A stretch of DNA of 64,000 nucleotides from positions 45-64,044 of the forward strand of contig JAFIGI010000025.1 of NCBI GenBank assembly GCA_020831465.1. Direction: 5' to 3'. The notes below the pieces were generated by a model. That model was given only the letters and a program-made list of their open reading frames with translations, made no database searches and was not told the origin of the DNA. The DNA comes from Chlamydiales bacterium. Lineage in GTDB: Bacteria > Chlamydiota > Chlamydiia > Chlamydiales > JAAKFR01. The position numbers and the translations under genes were made by a program. Positions 49,017 through 58,509 of the stretch are shown one piece after another (within the stretch, counting starts at the first letter, position 1; each line of letters opens with the position of its first letter).

Positions 49017-49048
49017 TTAATATCAATTTAACAATTGAATGAGATAAT
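49017..49048 (+). promoter_or_regulatory. TTAA-N7-TTAA box plus GATAAT at 11 nt
   Basis: TTAA-TATCAAT-TTAA-caattgaatga-GATAAT. Confidence 0.55.
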
Positions 49049-49081
49049 AATAACAGGCAAGAAAACATAAGGTCATTGATT

Positions 49082-49420
49082 ATGGTTCAACCTACTATTA
49101 GTAAAGCAGAAGGTATACAACTCACTCCAAATCAGAGCGAGGGGCGAAAAAAAATCGAGCGGCTGGAAATGGCAATCCGCATCACAGGGATTGCATGCCT
49201 TGCTCTCTTTGCGCTCACGATCGTCTTCTTGGGGCTCGCCCAAGCGGACTACATCCACCCTGTGGCCGCATTGATTTCTTTTTCTGCGATTATACCTCTA
49301 ATTGCGGTAATCAAAGCCCTAGACACATGCCAGCTTTCGGTTGCTAAAAAGCACAAAATAGATTTAGAGACTTTGCACAAAGTTATAAGTAGGCAATTTT
49401 GTCTATTTTGTAGTTCGTAA
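49082..49420 (+). CDS. Inc-like protein (ATG 49082)
   Basis: Bilobed hydrophobic domain; C-terminal FCLFCSS. Confidence 0.75.
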   Translation: MVQPTISKAEGIQLTPNQSEGRKKIERLEMAIRITGIACLALFALTIVFLGLAQADYIHPVAALISFSAIIPLIAVIKALDTCQLSVAKKHKIDLETLHKVISRQFCLFCSS

Positions 49421-49495
49421 TCCTTAGTTTGCAAGAGAAAGAGATCGAAAAAGATTGACTTTACCTCTTAAGACCGCGTATCTTTTTCTGCTTTT

Positions 49496-50407
49496 ATGAG
49501 CGTGCGCGATCTTACCATACTTGGCTCATCAAGCCAGCAGCCCACCCGGAAACGCAATCACGGAGCCTATCTCTTTCGCTGGAATGAAGAGGGGCTTCTT
49601 TTCGATCCGGGCGAAGGGACTCAGCGTCAATTCATTTTTGCAAATATCGCCCCCACTTGCGTGACCCGCATCTTTGTCAGCCATTTCCACGGCGACCACT
49701 GCCTAGGATTGGGTTCGATGTTAATGCGGCTCAATCTCGACAAGGTGACCCATCCGATCCATTGCTACTACCCCGCCTCAGGAAAAAAATACTTCGACCG
49801 CCTCCGCTACGGAACGATCTATCATGAGACGATCGATGTTGTCGAGCATCCCGTTTCGGAAGCGGGAGTGGTCGAAGATGATGGCCGCTTTCGGATCGAG
49901 GCCGCTTTTTTAGATCATGGGGTAGACAATCTTGCCTGGCGGATTACGGAACCGGATACAAGAAAGTTCAAGAGGGAGAAACTAAAAGAATTTGGAGTTG
50001 AAGGCCCTCTTGTCAAGGAACTTGAGAAAAAAGGAGTCTTGGAGGTAAAGGGCAAGCGCGTGGCGCTTGATGAGGTCAGTTATATCCGCAAGGGAGAGAG
50101 CATAGCCATTGTAAGCGACACGCGACCTTGTTTAAGCGCAATCGAGATCTCAAGAGGTACCAAGCTTCTGCTTTGCGAAAGCACATATCTGGAAGAACAC
50201 CGAGAGCTTGCGAAAAAACACTACCACTTAACCGCCAGACAGGCCGCAACGATCGCTCATGAGGCAGAGGCCGAAAGGCTTATCCTGACCCATTTTTCGG
50301 CTCGCTACCTCAATGTCCGGGACTTCGAAAAAGAAGCGCGGGAAGTCTTCCCCAACACCGAAGCAGCCGAGGATATGAAGGTTTTCCCGTTTCCCCGCAA
50401 TGTTTGA
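49496..50407 (+). CDS. rnz: Ribonuclease Z
   Basis: [29 protein letters not shown]. Confidence 0.95.
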   Translation: MSVRDLTILGSSSQQPTRKRNHGAYLFRWNEEGLLFDPGEGTQRQFIFANIAPTCVTRIFVSHFHGDHCLGLGSMLMRLNLDKVTHPIHCYYPASGKKYFDRLRYGTIYHETIDVVEHPVSEAGVVEDDGRFRIEAAFLDHGVDNLAWRITEPDTRKFKREKLKEFGVEGPLVKELEKKGVLEVKGKRVALDEVSYIRKGESIAIVSDTRPCLSAIEISRGTKLLLCESTYLEEHRELAKKHYHLTARQAATIAHEAEAERLILTHFSARYLNVRDFEKEAREVFPNTEAAEDMKVFPFPRNV

Positions 50408-50438
50408 CAATTAAGCCCTTTTCATAGAATTTTATCTT

Positions 50439-51413
50439 ATGATTAAGGCGGCTTATCAGTTTCTGGAATACTTGGGGAGCATTAAAAACGCATCCGATCA
50501 TACCATCCGGAACTATGCAATCGACCTAAATGCCTTGAAAAGCTTCCTTGAAAAGGATCTTCCTCCCGAAAGGCGGCCGGAAAAAATCCGCTTCGACCGC
50601 GCTTATAGTGAAAGAGAGACGAGCCGCGACCACCACTTATCCCTGGCACAAATCGACCGAAAAGTCCTACGCAGCTTCCTCGCGAGTTTGGTCGAAAAGA
50701 GCACCCAAAAACGGACGGTCGTCCGGCGCCTCTCTTCTTTGCGCACCTTTTTCAAGTTCTGCGTCCGCCAAAAGCTGCTGGAGAAAAGCCCCGCGGAAGA
50801 GCTGGAGAGCCCCAGGCTTGAGAAGCGCATCCCCCTCTCCCTTACCTACGACCAAATCCAGCACCTCTTTGATCAACCTGACACAAGCTGCTACTTAGGT
50901 TATCGCGACCGGTGCATCATGGAGCTCTTTTACAGTTCGGGATTACGCGTCAGCGAACTGGTCGCGCTCAACAGAGCCGACTTTGATAGGGAATCGCTCC
51001 TCGTAAGGCTAAAAGGGAAAGGAAAGAAGGAGCGGGTCATTCCGATCACAAAAAATGCAGCCGACTGGATCGTTTCCTATCTCGAACATCCCGAGCGTCA
51101 CAAGGATATGGACGGCCACCTTGCCCAGGCTGATCCCAATGCGATCTTCCTCAACCGCCTCGGGACGCGGCTGACTACCCGCTCGGTCGACAGGAAATTC
51201 GACAAATATTTGACGGCTAGTGGCCTAGCAGGGAAGGTAACCCCTCATACCATTCGTCACACGATCGCGACCCACTGGCTGGAGAATGGGATGGATTTAA
51301 AAACCATCCAGCTTTTGCTCGGCCACACCTCGCTTGCAACCACAACGATTTATACGCACGTCTCTCCTAAACTCAAGAAAGAGGTCTACGACAAGACACA
51401 CCCACGCGCATAG
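50439..51413 (+). CDS. xerC: Tyrosine recombinase XerC/XerD
   Basis: SGLRVSE, KGKKER, HTIRH, LLGH, TTIY; chlamydial rnz-xerC order. Confidence 0.88.
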   Translation: MIKAAYQFLEYLGSIKNASDHTIRNYAIDLNALKSFLEKDLPPERRPEKIRFDRAYSERETSRDHHLSLAQIDRKVLRSFLASLVEKSTQKRTVVRRLSSLRTFFKFCVRQKLLEKSPAEELESPRLEKRIPLSLTYDQIQHLFDQPDTSCYLGYRDRCIMELFYSSGLRVSELVALNRADFDRESLLVRLKGKGKKERVIPITKNAADWIVSYLEHPERHKDMDGHLAQADPNAIFLNRLGTRLTTRSVDRKFDKYLTASGLAGKVTPHTIRHTIATHWLENGMDLKTIQLLLGHTSLATTTIYTHVSPKLKKEVYDKTHPRA

Positions 51414-51418
51414 AAAAC

Positions 51419-51497
51419 CCTTCTTTTTTTACACTAATGTTGTAAAAAATCCATCCTTTTTTACATAATCAATCAAAAAAAGGAAGGATATTTTACA
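51419..51497 (+). repeat. Phased TTTTACA repeats upstream of the AAA+ gene
   Basis: TTTTACA at 51427, 51459, 51491 (32-bp period) and inverted TGTAAAA at 51441. Confidence 0.5.
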
Positions 51498-52651
51498 TGC
51501 CAAGCTTTAAACGGTTTTTTCAAGCCCCTGAAAAGCATAGTTTTTTCCTTTTCGGTCCCCGGGGGACCGGAAAGTCGACATGGGTCAAAAAGCACTATCC
51601 AAAAGCCCTCTATTTAGACCTTTTAATGTCAGATATCCGCCGACGCTATGAATCTCATCCCGAGGAATTAGCAAAAGCTGTCGCCGCTCTTGGGGATGGA
51701 AATCAAGTGGTTATCGATGAAATCCAAAAGATACCCGATCTGTTATCTATCGTTCATGCTCTCATTGAAGAAAAAAGAGGAATTCAATTTATTCTTACCG
51801 GCTCAAGCTCAAGAAAGCTGAAAAAAAAAGGAGTCGATCTTCTAGCCGGTAGGGCCATAAACAAAGAGATGCATCCATTCATTGCTTCTGAGCTCCAAGA
51901 AACATTCGACCTTGCAAAGGCATTAAAGTACGGAATGCTGCCGCTTATTTGGGAAGAAAAGGATCCGGCAGAAGTTTTGGAGTCCTACGTCAACCTCTAT
52001 GTTCTCGAAGAGGTGCAATATGAAGGATTGGTCCGTAATATTGGGAATTTTGCCCGTTTCTTATCCACAATAGCCTTATCGCACGGATCTCTTCTGAATC
52101 TCACAAATATTTCAAGAGAATGCGAAGTTAAACGTTCGACTACAGAAAACTTCTTGGGTATTTTACGAGACTTGCTCCTCTCCTATGAAATTCCGGTTTT
52201 TTCTAAACGGGCAAAAAGGATATTGACATCCCATTCAAAATTTTATCTTTTTGACAGCGGTGTTTATCGGGTAATGAGAAAAATGGGACCTTTGGACAGC
52301 CGCAGTGAAGTGAATGGGAGCGCATTGGAGGGATTGGTTTTACAGCATTTAAAAGCATGGTGCTCTTATTCAAAGGGAAAATATGAAATTTTTTATTGGC
52401 GTACGAAAGCCGGTTTGGAGGTCGATTTTATTATTTACGGCGATGACGGTTTTTGGGCAATAGAAGTCAAAAATTCAGAAACTCTTTCACCAAAAGATTT
52501 GAGGGGATTGAAACATTTCATCGAAGATTATCCCGAATGCAAGCCTGTTCTGCTTTACCGGGGAAAATTTAAATTATTGGAAGACAATATTCTGTGCATT
52601 CCATGCGAGGTATTTTTGAAGCAGTTGGTTCCAAACGAGAGATTGGCTTAA
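51497..52651 (+). CDS. AAA+ ATPase with DUF4143/C-terminal PD-(D/E)xK-like domain
   Basis: GPRGTGKST, IDEIQK, LTGSS, KFYLFDSG, EVDF, AIEVK. Confidence 0.9.
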   Translation: MPSFKRFFQAPEKHSFFLFGPRGTGKSTWVKKHYPKALYLDLLMSDIRRRYESHPEELAKAVAALGDGNQVVIDEIQKIPDLLSIVHALIEEKRGIQFILTGSSSRKLKKKGVDLLAGRAINKEMHPFIASELQETFDLAKALKYGMLPLIWEEKDPAEVLESYVNLYVLEEVQYEGLVRNIGNFARFLSTIALSHGSLLNLTNISRECEVKRSTTENFLGILRDLLLSYEIPVFSKRAKRILTSHSKFYLFDSGVYRVMRKMGPLDSRSEVNGSALEGLVLQHLKAWCSYSKGKYEIFYWRTKAGLEVDFIIYGDDGFWAIEVKNSETLSPKDLRGLKHFIEDYPECKPVLLYRGKFKLLEDNILCIPCEVFLKQLVPNERLA

Positions 52652-52679
52652 TTTTTTCGGTTTGTTATTCTTTTCCGCT

Positions 52680-54260
52680 ATGAGTATCACTTTAGACAAT
52701 ATTTCAAAGAGTTTCGGAAGCCGGGCTCTTTTCAACGATGTTACAGTTACCTTCAACCCGGGAAATCGATATGGATTGACCGGACCGAACGGGTCGGGAA
52801 AATCGACTCTGCTGCGTATCATCATGGGGTTGATCGAGCCCACAAGCGGAACGGTTACCCTGCCTGAACGGGTAGGGATGCTCAAGCAAAATATCGAGGA
52901 CTTTCGCAATATGGTAGTGCTCGATGTGGTGGTCATGGGCAACACTCGTCTTTGGGAAGCGTTGAAAGAGCGCGAGAGGCTTTACGAAGTCGAAATCACA
53001 GATGAGGTCGGCATGCGGCTCGGCGAGCTTGAAGAGATCGTCGCCGACGAAGATGGTTACGTGGCGGAAGCAAATGCTGAACTGCTTCTCGTGGGGGCGG
53101 GTATCCCGGTTGAGCTGCATCAACAGAAGATGAGCTCCATCCCGACCGACATGCAATTCCGGGCTCTTTTGTGCCAAGCGCTCTTCGGAAATCCGCAAGC
53201 CCTCCTTCTCGATGAGCCGACAAACCACCTCGACTTGGAATCGATCGGATGGCTGGAGAATTTCTTTCATAACTACACGGGAACGCTAATCGTGGTGAGC
53301 CACGACCGCCACTTTCTCAACTCGGTCACAACGCATATTGCCGATATCGACTACGACACGATTATCGTCTACCCGGGCAACTACGACCAGATGTTGCTCA
53401 CAAAGACGTCGGTTAGAGAAAGAAGCGAAGCGGATGCGCGCTCCAAAGAGAAGAAAATCTCCCAACTTAAGGAGTTCGTCGCCCGTTTCGGCGCCGGCAC
53501 ACGAGCCTCGCAAGTGCAGTCGCGCTTGCGGGAGATCGAGAGGCTGCAACCCCAAGATCTGAAAAAATCAAATATCCAACGCCCCTATATCCGGTTCATC
53601 CCTTCGGATAAACCGTCGGGAAAAATCGTCTGCAAAGTGGAGAATATTTCGAAAAGTTACGGCTATTTGCAGGTCATCAAGAATCTCTCTTTCGAAATTC
53701 ATCGGGGAGATAAGATAGGAATCATTGGAAACAATGGACGAGGGAAGACAACGTTGATCAAAATGATCGCGGGCGACCTAAACCCCGACGGAGGAAAAAT
53801 TGAGCATGGGCATCAAGTGATCAAGAGCTATTTTCCCCAGGACCACTCTGAGCTGATCTCGAAAGAAAATCCGCACAACGCCTTCGATTGGTTACGGGAA
53901 AAGAAGAAAGGCCTCTACGATCAGGATATCCGCAGCGCCCTTGGAAAGATGCTCTTCGGAGGCGATGACGCTTTTAAAAAAGTCGCGACTCTTTCAGGGG
54001 GAGAGACGGCTCGTTTGATTTTGGCGGGAATCATGCTCGAAGAACACAACTTCATCATCCTTGACGAACCGAATAACCACCTCGACCTGGAGGCGGTCTC
54101 AGCCCTAGGTTGGGGGCTCGAAGAGTACAAGGGAACGGCTCTCGTAGTGAGCCATGACAGAGAACTGATCAATCATTTTGCGACCAAAATCATTGCTTTC
54201 GAAGCCGACGGAGTGCACTTTTTTGAAGGAACACTCGATGAATATTTAACGAGACGCTGA
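52680..54260 (+). CDS. ABC-F family ATP-binding protein (start MSIT at 52680)
   Basis: Two NBDs (GPNGSGKST, GNNGRGKTT, LDEPTNHLD, LDEPNNHLD), no TM. Confidence 0.93.
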   Translation: MSITLDNISKSFGSRALFNDVTVTFNPGNRYGLTGPNGSGKSTLLRIIMGLIEPTSGTVTLPERVGMLKQNIEDFRNMVVLDVVVMGNTRLWEALKERERLYEVEITDEVGMRLGELEEIVADEDGYVAEANAELLLVGAGIPVELHQQKMSSIPTDMQFRALLCQALFGNPQALLLDEPTNHLDLESIGWLENFFHNYTGTLIVVSHDRHFLNSVTTHIADIDYDTIIVYPGNYDQMLLTKTSVRERSEADARSKEKKISQLKEFVARFGAGTRASQVQSRLREIERLQPQDLKKSNIQRPYIRFIPSDKPSGKIVCKVENISKSYGYLQVIKNLSFEIHRGDKIGIIGNNGRGKTTLIKMIAGDLNPDGGKIEHGHQVIKSYFPQDHSELISKENPHNAFDWLREKKKGLYDQDIRSALGKMLFGGDDAFKKVATLSGGETARLILAGIMLEEHNFIILDEPNNHLDLEAVSALGWGLEEYKGTALVVSHDRELINHFATKIIAFEADGVHFFEGTLDEYLTRR

Positions 54261-54859
54261 TGAATTCCGAGGAAAAAAAAGAAAAAATCGCCTTTCACAT
54301 CGAAAAGGTACTGGATATTCTCGGATTGGATTTGAAAGATCCTTCGATTGCAAAAACCCCTCATCGGGTTGCAAAGATGTATGTCGACGAAGTCTTTAGC
54401 GGCCTGAATCCCGAGACCTATCCGGAGATCTCTTTTCACCCTGAGGCTGTTAAAAATGAACTCGTTCTAATAAAGAACATCTCGCTAATCAGCTTTTGCG
54501 AACATCATTTGGTGCCGATGATCGGAACGGCGCATGCCTCTTACCTCCCCACAACGGGCGTCTTGGGTCTCTCGAAAATCCATCGCATCATGCGCTTCTA
54601 CTCAAAACGTCCGCAACTTCAGGAGAGACTGACCTTGCAGATCGCGGAAAAACTTCAGGAAGAGTTAAAGACCGAAGACGTTGCAGTCGCCCTCCGCTTA
54701 AGACATCTGTGCGTTGCCGCCAGAGGCGTTGAGGACCGCTCAAGCGAAGTGGAGACTCATGTGCTAAAAGGGCGTTTTGAGTCAGATCCCAAGATCCGCG
54801 GAGAGTTTTTTTTAAGAATAGGGATAGAGGAAGAATCTAAAAGTTGGGAGAGAGGGTAA
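54260..54859 (+). CDS. folE: GTP cyclohydrolase I
   Basis: TPHRVAKMY, SFCEHHL, GLSK, PQLQERLT, HLC. Confidence 0.95.
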   Translation: MNSEEKKEKIAFHIEKVLDILGLDLKDPSIAKTPHRVAKMYVDEVFSGLNPETYPEISFHPEAVKNELVLIKNISLISFCEHHLVPMIGTAHASYLPTTGVLGLSKIHRIMRFYSKRPQLQERLTLQIAEKLQEELKTEDVAVALRLRHLCVAARGVEDRSSEVETHVLKGRFESDPKIRGEFFLRIGIEEESKSWERG

Positions 54860-55199
54860 GCCGGATTCTGTTTCTTCGTATGAAGAATGGCAATCATTCC
54901 TCTAGGAACTTTGTCGCCAAAGTTCTCAAGCGACTGTTGAAAAGGGGATTGGCGGAGAACGTGCCCCTTTTGCGTCTTGCTTCGGATAGGGTTTACACCA
55001 CCTTGAGTCGCCTCAAGTGCGCTCGACTCACAAAGCCGAGATTTTCAGCCTCCCCGGATCGTGAAACCCGGCGGCGTGTTTTCTGTTGCACTTTCCGTAG
55101 CCTTACGGCCCCCAGCGTTTCGCTGGTATCCTCTCCTGCAAAGTCCGGACTTTCCTCTCCTCTCATGATGTGAGAGCAGCGATTGCCTCTCTCTCCCAA
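54844..55199 (-). ncRNA. rnpB: RNase P RNA
   Basis: Minus strand GAGGAAAGTCCGGAC, GAAAGTGCAACAGAAA, ACAGAATCCGGCTTA; P1 pairing TTGGGAGAGAG/CTCTCTCCCAA. Confidence 0.95.
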
Positions 55200-55204
55200 A
55201 AAGA

Positions 55205-55981
55205 TTATGTAGCTGCGGTTGTCGCACGTCTTCGGCGCCTGCGAGGAGCGGCGTCTTCCTCTCCTTCGGAAATTTCGGCTTCCTGCCAATAGAGGATACG
55301 CGAGCAATGTTCGCAAAAAATCAGGCGATCCCCTTTGCGCACTAAATTCTCATGCTGCGGGGTTAAGAGGATATGACATCCGCTGCACGTACGCTTCTCA
55401 ATCGGGACAACAACGCGGTCGCGCTTATTCTTTAAAAGACGTTCGTAAATTTCAAAGAGCTCAGGAGAGACCGTACCTTTCATACCTTCGCGCTTCTCTA
55501 AGATCGAACGCCCCTCCTCATTGATCTTATCAATGCTCTCACGAATCTCTTTCTCGATGATGTTGCTATTTTCCTCAGTAGATTGGAGATTCTCTTTCAA
55601 TGTCACGAGAAGATCCTCTTCAGCTGCAAGTTTGTCCATTAAATCGCTGAGCCGGTGTTCGATTGCGCTCCTCTCGCGCCCCGCCGCTGTCATCTCATGA
55701 GTAAGCGCATTGAACTCATCCATTTTCTTCACGGCCGCTTGCTGGGATTCCAGTTTTGCGATTTTTTCCTGAATTTCTTTGACCTGGTTTTCCCCCATGC
55801 GGATCTCTTTTTTGACATCGAGGATCTCGGCTTCTTTATCGCTTACCTGCTTCTGAATATCGCTTTTCAGTTGATGAATTTTTGAGAGCTCTTTTTGCCT
55901 CTCTTTTTTGACCCGCATCAAGCGAATTATATTAATATCAAGCTCTTGAATACTAAGAATTGTCTGAAACGACTCGTCCAT
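55205..55981 (-). CDS. cdsZ: Coiled-coil/C4 zinc-ribbon protein (CT398/CdsZ)
   Basis: Long coiled coil; CSGC...CEHCSRILY. Confidence 0.85.
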   Translation of the reverse strand: MDESFQTILSIQELDINIIRLMRVKKERQKELSKIHQLKSDIQKQVSDKEAEILDVKKEIRMGENQVKEIQEKIAKLESQQAAVKKMDEFNALTHEMTAAGRERSAIEHRLSDLMDKLAAEEDLLVTLKENLQSTEENSNIIEKEIRESIDKINEEGRSILEKREGMKGTVSPELFEIYERLLKNKRDRVVVPIEKRTCSGCHILLTPQHENLVRKGDRLIFCEHCSRILYWQEAEISEGEEDAAPRRRRRRATTAAT

Positions 55982-56014
55982 CTGCGAACCTTAAATTTAA
56001 GAATTGAATCCAAA

Positions 56015-56043
56015 ATCTTAACGTTTCCCTCGATAAATATCAA
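56015..56043 (-). promoter_or_regulatory. Sigma66-type promoter of cdsZ
   Basis: Minus strand TTGATA-N17-TAAGAT. Confidence 0.5.
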
Positions 56044-56102
56044 CAAAAATTCGGAGCAACTGTTGCTTAAATTTCAATTTAAGATTTATATCTAAAATCG
56101 GT

Positions 56103-56384
56103 ATGGCTAAAAGGAAAGAGAAAAAAACACGCGTTGTCATTCAAGTAGACCCTAATTTTCCTAAGGAACTCTATTTAAGAGGAGAAGGTCTTGCAAACTT
56201 GAGTTGGGAGAAGGGTGTCGAATTGAAGCATGTTCGGCCGGACGAGTGGGTCTTTGAAACCGATGAGCCTTTTTCTTCGGGCTCGTTCAAGGTTCTGATC
56301 AACGACGAAACCTACGAGCTAGGAGAAAACCATCCTCTCTATCCGGGCGCTTCGATTCGGGTGAATCCGAAATTCCCGGAATAA
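56103..56384 (+). CDS. Small beta-rich protein, CBM20-like
   Basis: LYLRG...LSWEKGVEL...W...FKVLIND...GENH pattern. Confidence 0.6.
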   Translation: MAKRKEKKTRVVIQVDPNFPKELYLRGEGLANLSWEKGVELKHVRPDEWVFETDEPFSSGSFKVLINDETYELGENHPLYPGASIRVNPKFPE

Positions 56385-56392
56385 CAACTCCG

Positions 56393-56421
56393 TTGACATT
56401 TTGCCCTTTTGCGTGAATAAT
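56393..56421 (+). promoter_or_regulatory. Sigma66-type promoter of glyA
   Basis: TTGACA-N17-AATAAT; supports ATG 56431 as the start. Confidence 0.6.
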
Positions 56422-56430
56422 GCACCGGCT

Positions 56431-57906
56431 ATGAAAAGTCTTCTCGATACCTATTTGAACCGTGCCAAAGAGAGGCGCTTCGACGTGATCGCCTATCTAG
56501 CGGCACTCGACCATCTTCAGACCGTTTCTCCCACGATTGCCGATGCAATCCTCAAAGAGCTACAAGATCAGCGCTCCCACCTTAAACTGATCGCTTCCGA
56601 AAATTTCTGCTCTCTTTCAGTCCAGCTGGCAATGGGCAATTTATTGACCGATAAATACTGCGAGGGGTATCCCTACCACCGTTTTTACGCCGGGTGCGAA
56701 AATGTGGATGCCGTCGAAGCGGAAGCGGCGGAACTTGCACAGGAGCTCTTCCATGTCGATCACGCCTATGTCCAGCCGCACTCCGGAGCGGATGCGAACA
56801 TGGTCGCGTTTTGGGCCATCCTGACCGAACGAATCCAAAATCCTTTTTTGAAAAAACTCGAGAAAAAAAACCCCGACCAGCTCTCCGCAGAGGAGTTTGA
56901 ACAGCTGCGCGGACTTCTTTGCAACCAATCCTTCATGGGTCTCTCTTTAAGCTCGGGGGGTCATCTTACCCATGGTTTTAGGCAGAACGTATCGGCAAAG
57001 ATGATGCGTGCCCATCTTTACAACGTCGACCGGTCGACGGGATATCTCAATTATTCTGCGATTGCGAAACAGGCGAGGGAGGTCAAGCCCTTGATTCTTC
57101 TTGCCGGCTACTCCGCCTATCCCCGCCATATCAATTTCGCGAAAATGCGCGAAATCGCCGACGAAGTCGGGGCTGTCTTAATGGTCGATATGGCCCACTT
57201 TGCCGGACTCGTGGCGGGTAATGTCTTCCAAGGGGAGGCAAACCCGACAAAATATGCGCACATTTTAACGACCACAACCCACAAAACGTTGCGCGGTCCG
57301 CGCGGAGGCCTCGTCTTATGCGAAGAGCGGTTTGCCGACAGCGTCAACAAAGGATGCCCCCATGTCCTCGGTGGTCCCCTCCCCCATGTGATGGCGGCAA
57401 AGGCGATTGCCTTTCGAGAGGCCCACTCGACCGACTTCAAACTCTATTCCCAGCAGGTCGTTAAAAACGCCCGCGCGCTTGCGGAAGAATTGATTGAGGG
57501 CGGACTGAAGCTGGTAACGGGCGGGACTGACAACCATCTCGTCCTGATCGACCTCTCGTCGATCGGCATTACCGGCCGTGTGGCCGAAAAGGCCCTCTGC
57601 GAAGCGGGGCTTACCGCGAATCGGAATATGGTTCCCTTCGACCCAAATGGTGCATGGTACACCTCGGGTATCCGGCTCGGGACGCCTGCCCTTACATCAC
57701 TGGGCATGAGAGAAAAGGAGATGAAAGAGGTCGCTGCGATCATCGTGAAAGTCTTAACGCATGCGAAGCCCGAAATTGAGAAAAAAACCGGGCTTCCAAG
57801 TAAGGCCCGAGGCGTCGTCGATTCGAAAATTATTGAGGAGGCACGCGGGCGGGTACAATCACTACTTGACCAATATCCGCTCTATCCGGAGATTGTAATT
57901 AGCTAG
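56431..57906 (+). CDS. glyA: Serine hydroxymethyltransferase
   Basis: LIASEN, GGHLTHG, TTTTHKTLRGPRGG. Confidence 0.97.
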   Translation: MKSLLDTYLNRAKERRFDVIAYLAALDHLQTVSPTIADAILKELQDQRSHLKLIASENFCSLSVQLAMGNLLTDKYCEGYPYHRFYAGCENVDAVEAEAAELAQELFHVDHAYVQPHSGADANMVAFWAILTERIQNPFLKKLEKKNPDQLSAEEFEQLRGLLCNQSFMGLSLSSGGHLTHGFRQNVSAKMMRAHLYNVDRSTGYLNYSAIAKQAREVKPLILLAGYSAYPRHINFAKMREIADEVGAVLMVDMAHFAGLVAGNVFQGEANPTKYAHILTTTTHKTLRGPRGGLVLCEERFADSVNKGCPHVLGGPLPHVMAAKAIAFREAHSTDFKLYSQQVVKNARALAEELIEGGLKLVTGGTDNHLVLIDLSSIGITGRVAEKALCEAGLTANRNMVPFDPNGAWYTSGIRLGTPALTSLGMREKEMKEVAAIIVKVLTHAKPEIEKKTGLPSKARGVVDSKIIEEARGRVQSLLDQYPLYPEIVIS

Positions 57907-57915
57907 GAGGTAGCA

Positions 57916-58509
57916 GTGGCGAAAGAGGAAAAAGAGAAAGAGGAATTCAAATCGCTCGACGATAAAATCGACAGCGTCATCCTGGAATCGAGGCGGATTT
58001 TCTTTTCGGAGCAAGTCGATAACAACACAGCTAGGGATGCGATCCGTAAACTCTGGTATCTAGAACTCACAAATCCCGGCAAGCCGATTATTTTTGTCAT
58101 TAATAGTCCGGGCGGGTCTGTCGATGCCGGCTTCGCGGTATGGGATCAAGTGAAAATGATCACTTCTCCCGTTATTACGCTTGTTACGGGACTTGCCGCA
58201 TCGATGGGATCTGTTCTCAGTCTATGCGCTGCTTCAGGCAAGCGGTTCGCGACTCCTCATGCGCGGATCATGATTCACCAACCCTCGATTTCCGGCCCCG
58301 TAACTGGGCAGGCGACAGATTTAAGCATCCACGCGAAAGAAATCATCAAAACGAAAAACCAGCTAATCGACCTCTATGTGGAGCATACCGGAAAAAAACG
58401 CGAAGAGATCGAAAAGGCTTTGGATCGCGACAAGTGGCTGACTGCTCCAGAAGCTTTGGAATATGGCTTGCTCGATAAGATCATCTCTTCTTTTAAAGAA
58501 CTTAAATGA
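57916..58509 (+). CDS. clpP: ATP-dependent Clp protease proteolytic subunit
   Basis: [23 protein letters not shown]. Confidence 0.96.
   Translation: MAKEEKEKEEFKSLDDKIDSVILESRRIFFSEQVDNNTARDAIRKLWYLELTNPGKPIIFVINSPGGSVDAGFAVWDQVKMITSPVITLVTGLAASMGSVLSLCAASGKRFATPHARIMIHQPSISGPVTGQATDLSIHAKEIIKTKNQLIDLYVEHTGKKREEIEKALDRDKWLTAPEALEYGLLDKIISSFKELK

Noticed and set aside
50439-51413. Tyrosine recombinase as a prophage or island integrase
   Set aside because: It sits in the conserved chlamydial rnz-xerC position, with no att/tRNA site or phage genes nearby.
54844-55316. ORFs 54844-55173, 54993-55316 and 55045-55227
   Set aside because: They overlap the RNase P RNA gene and are spurious frames.
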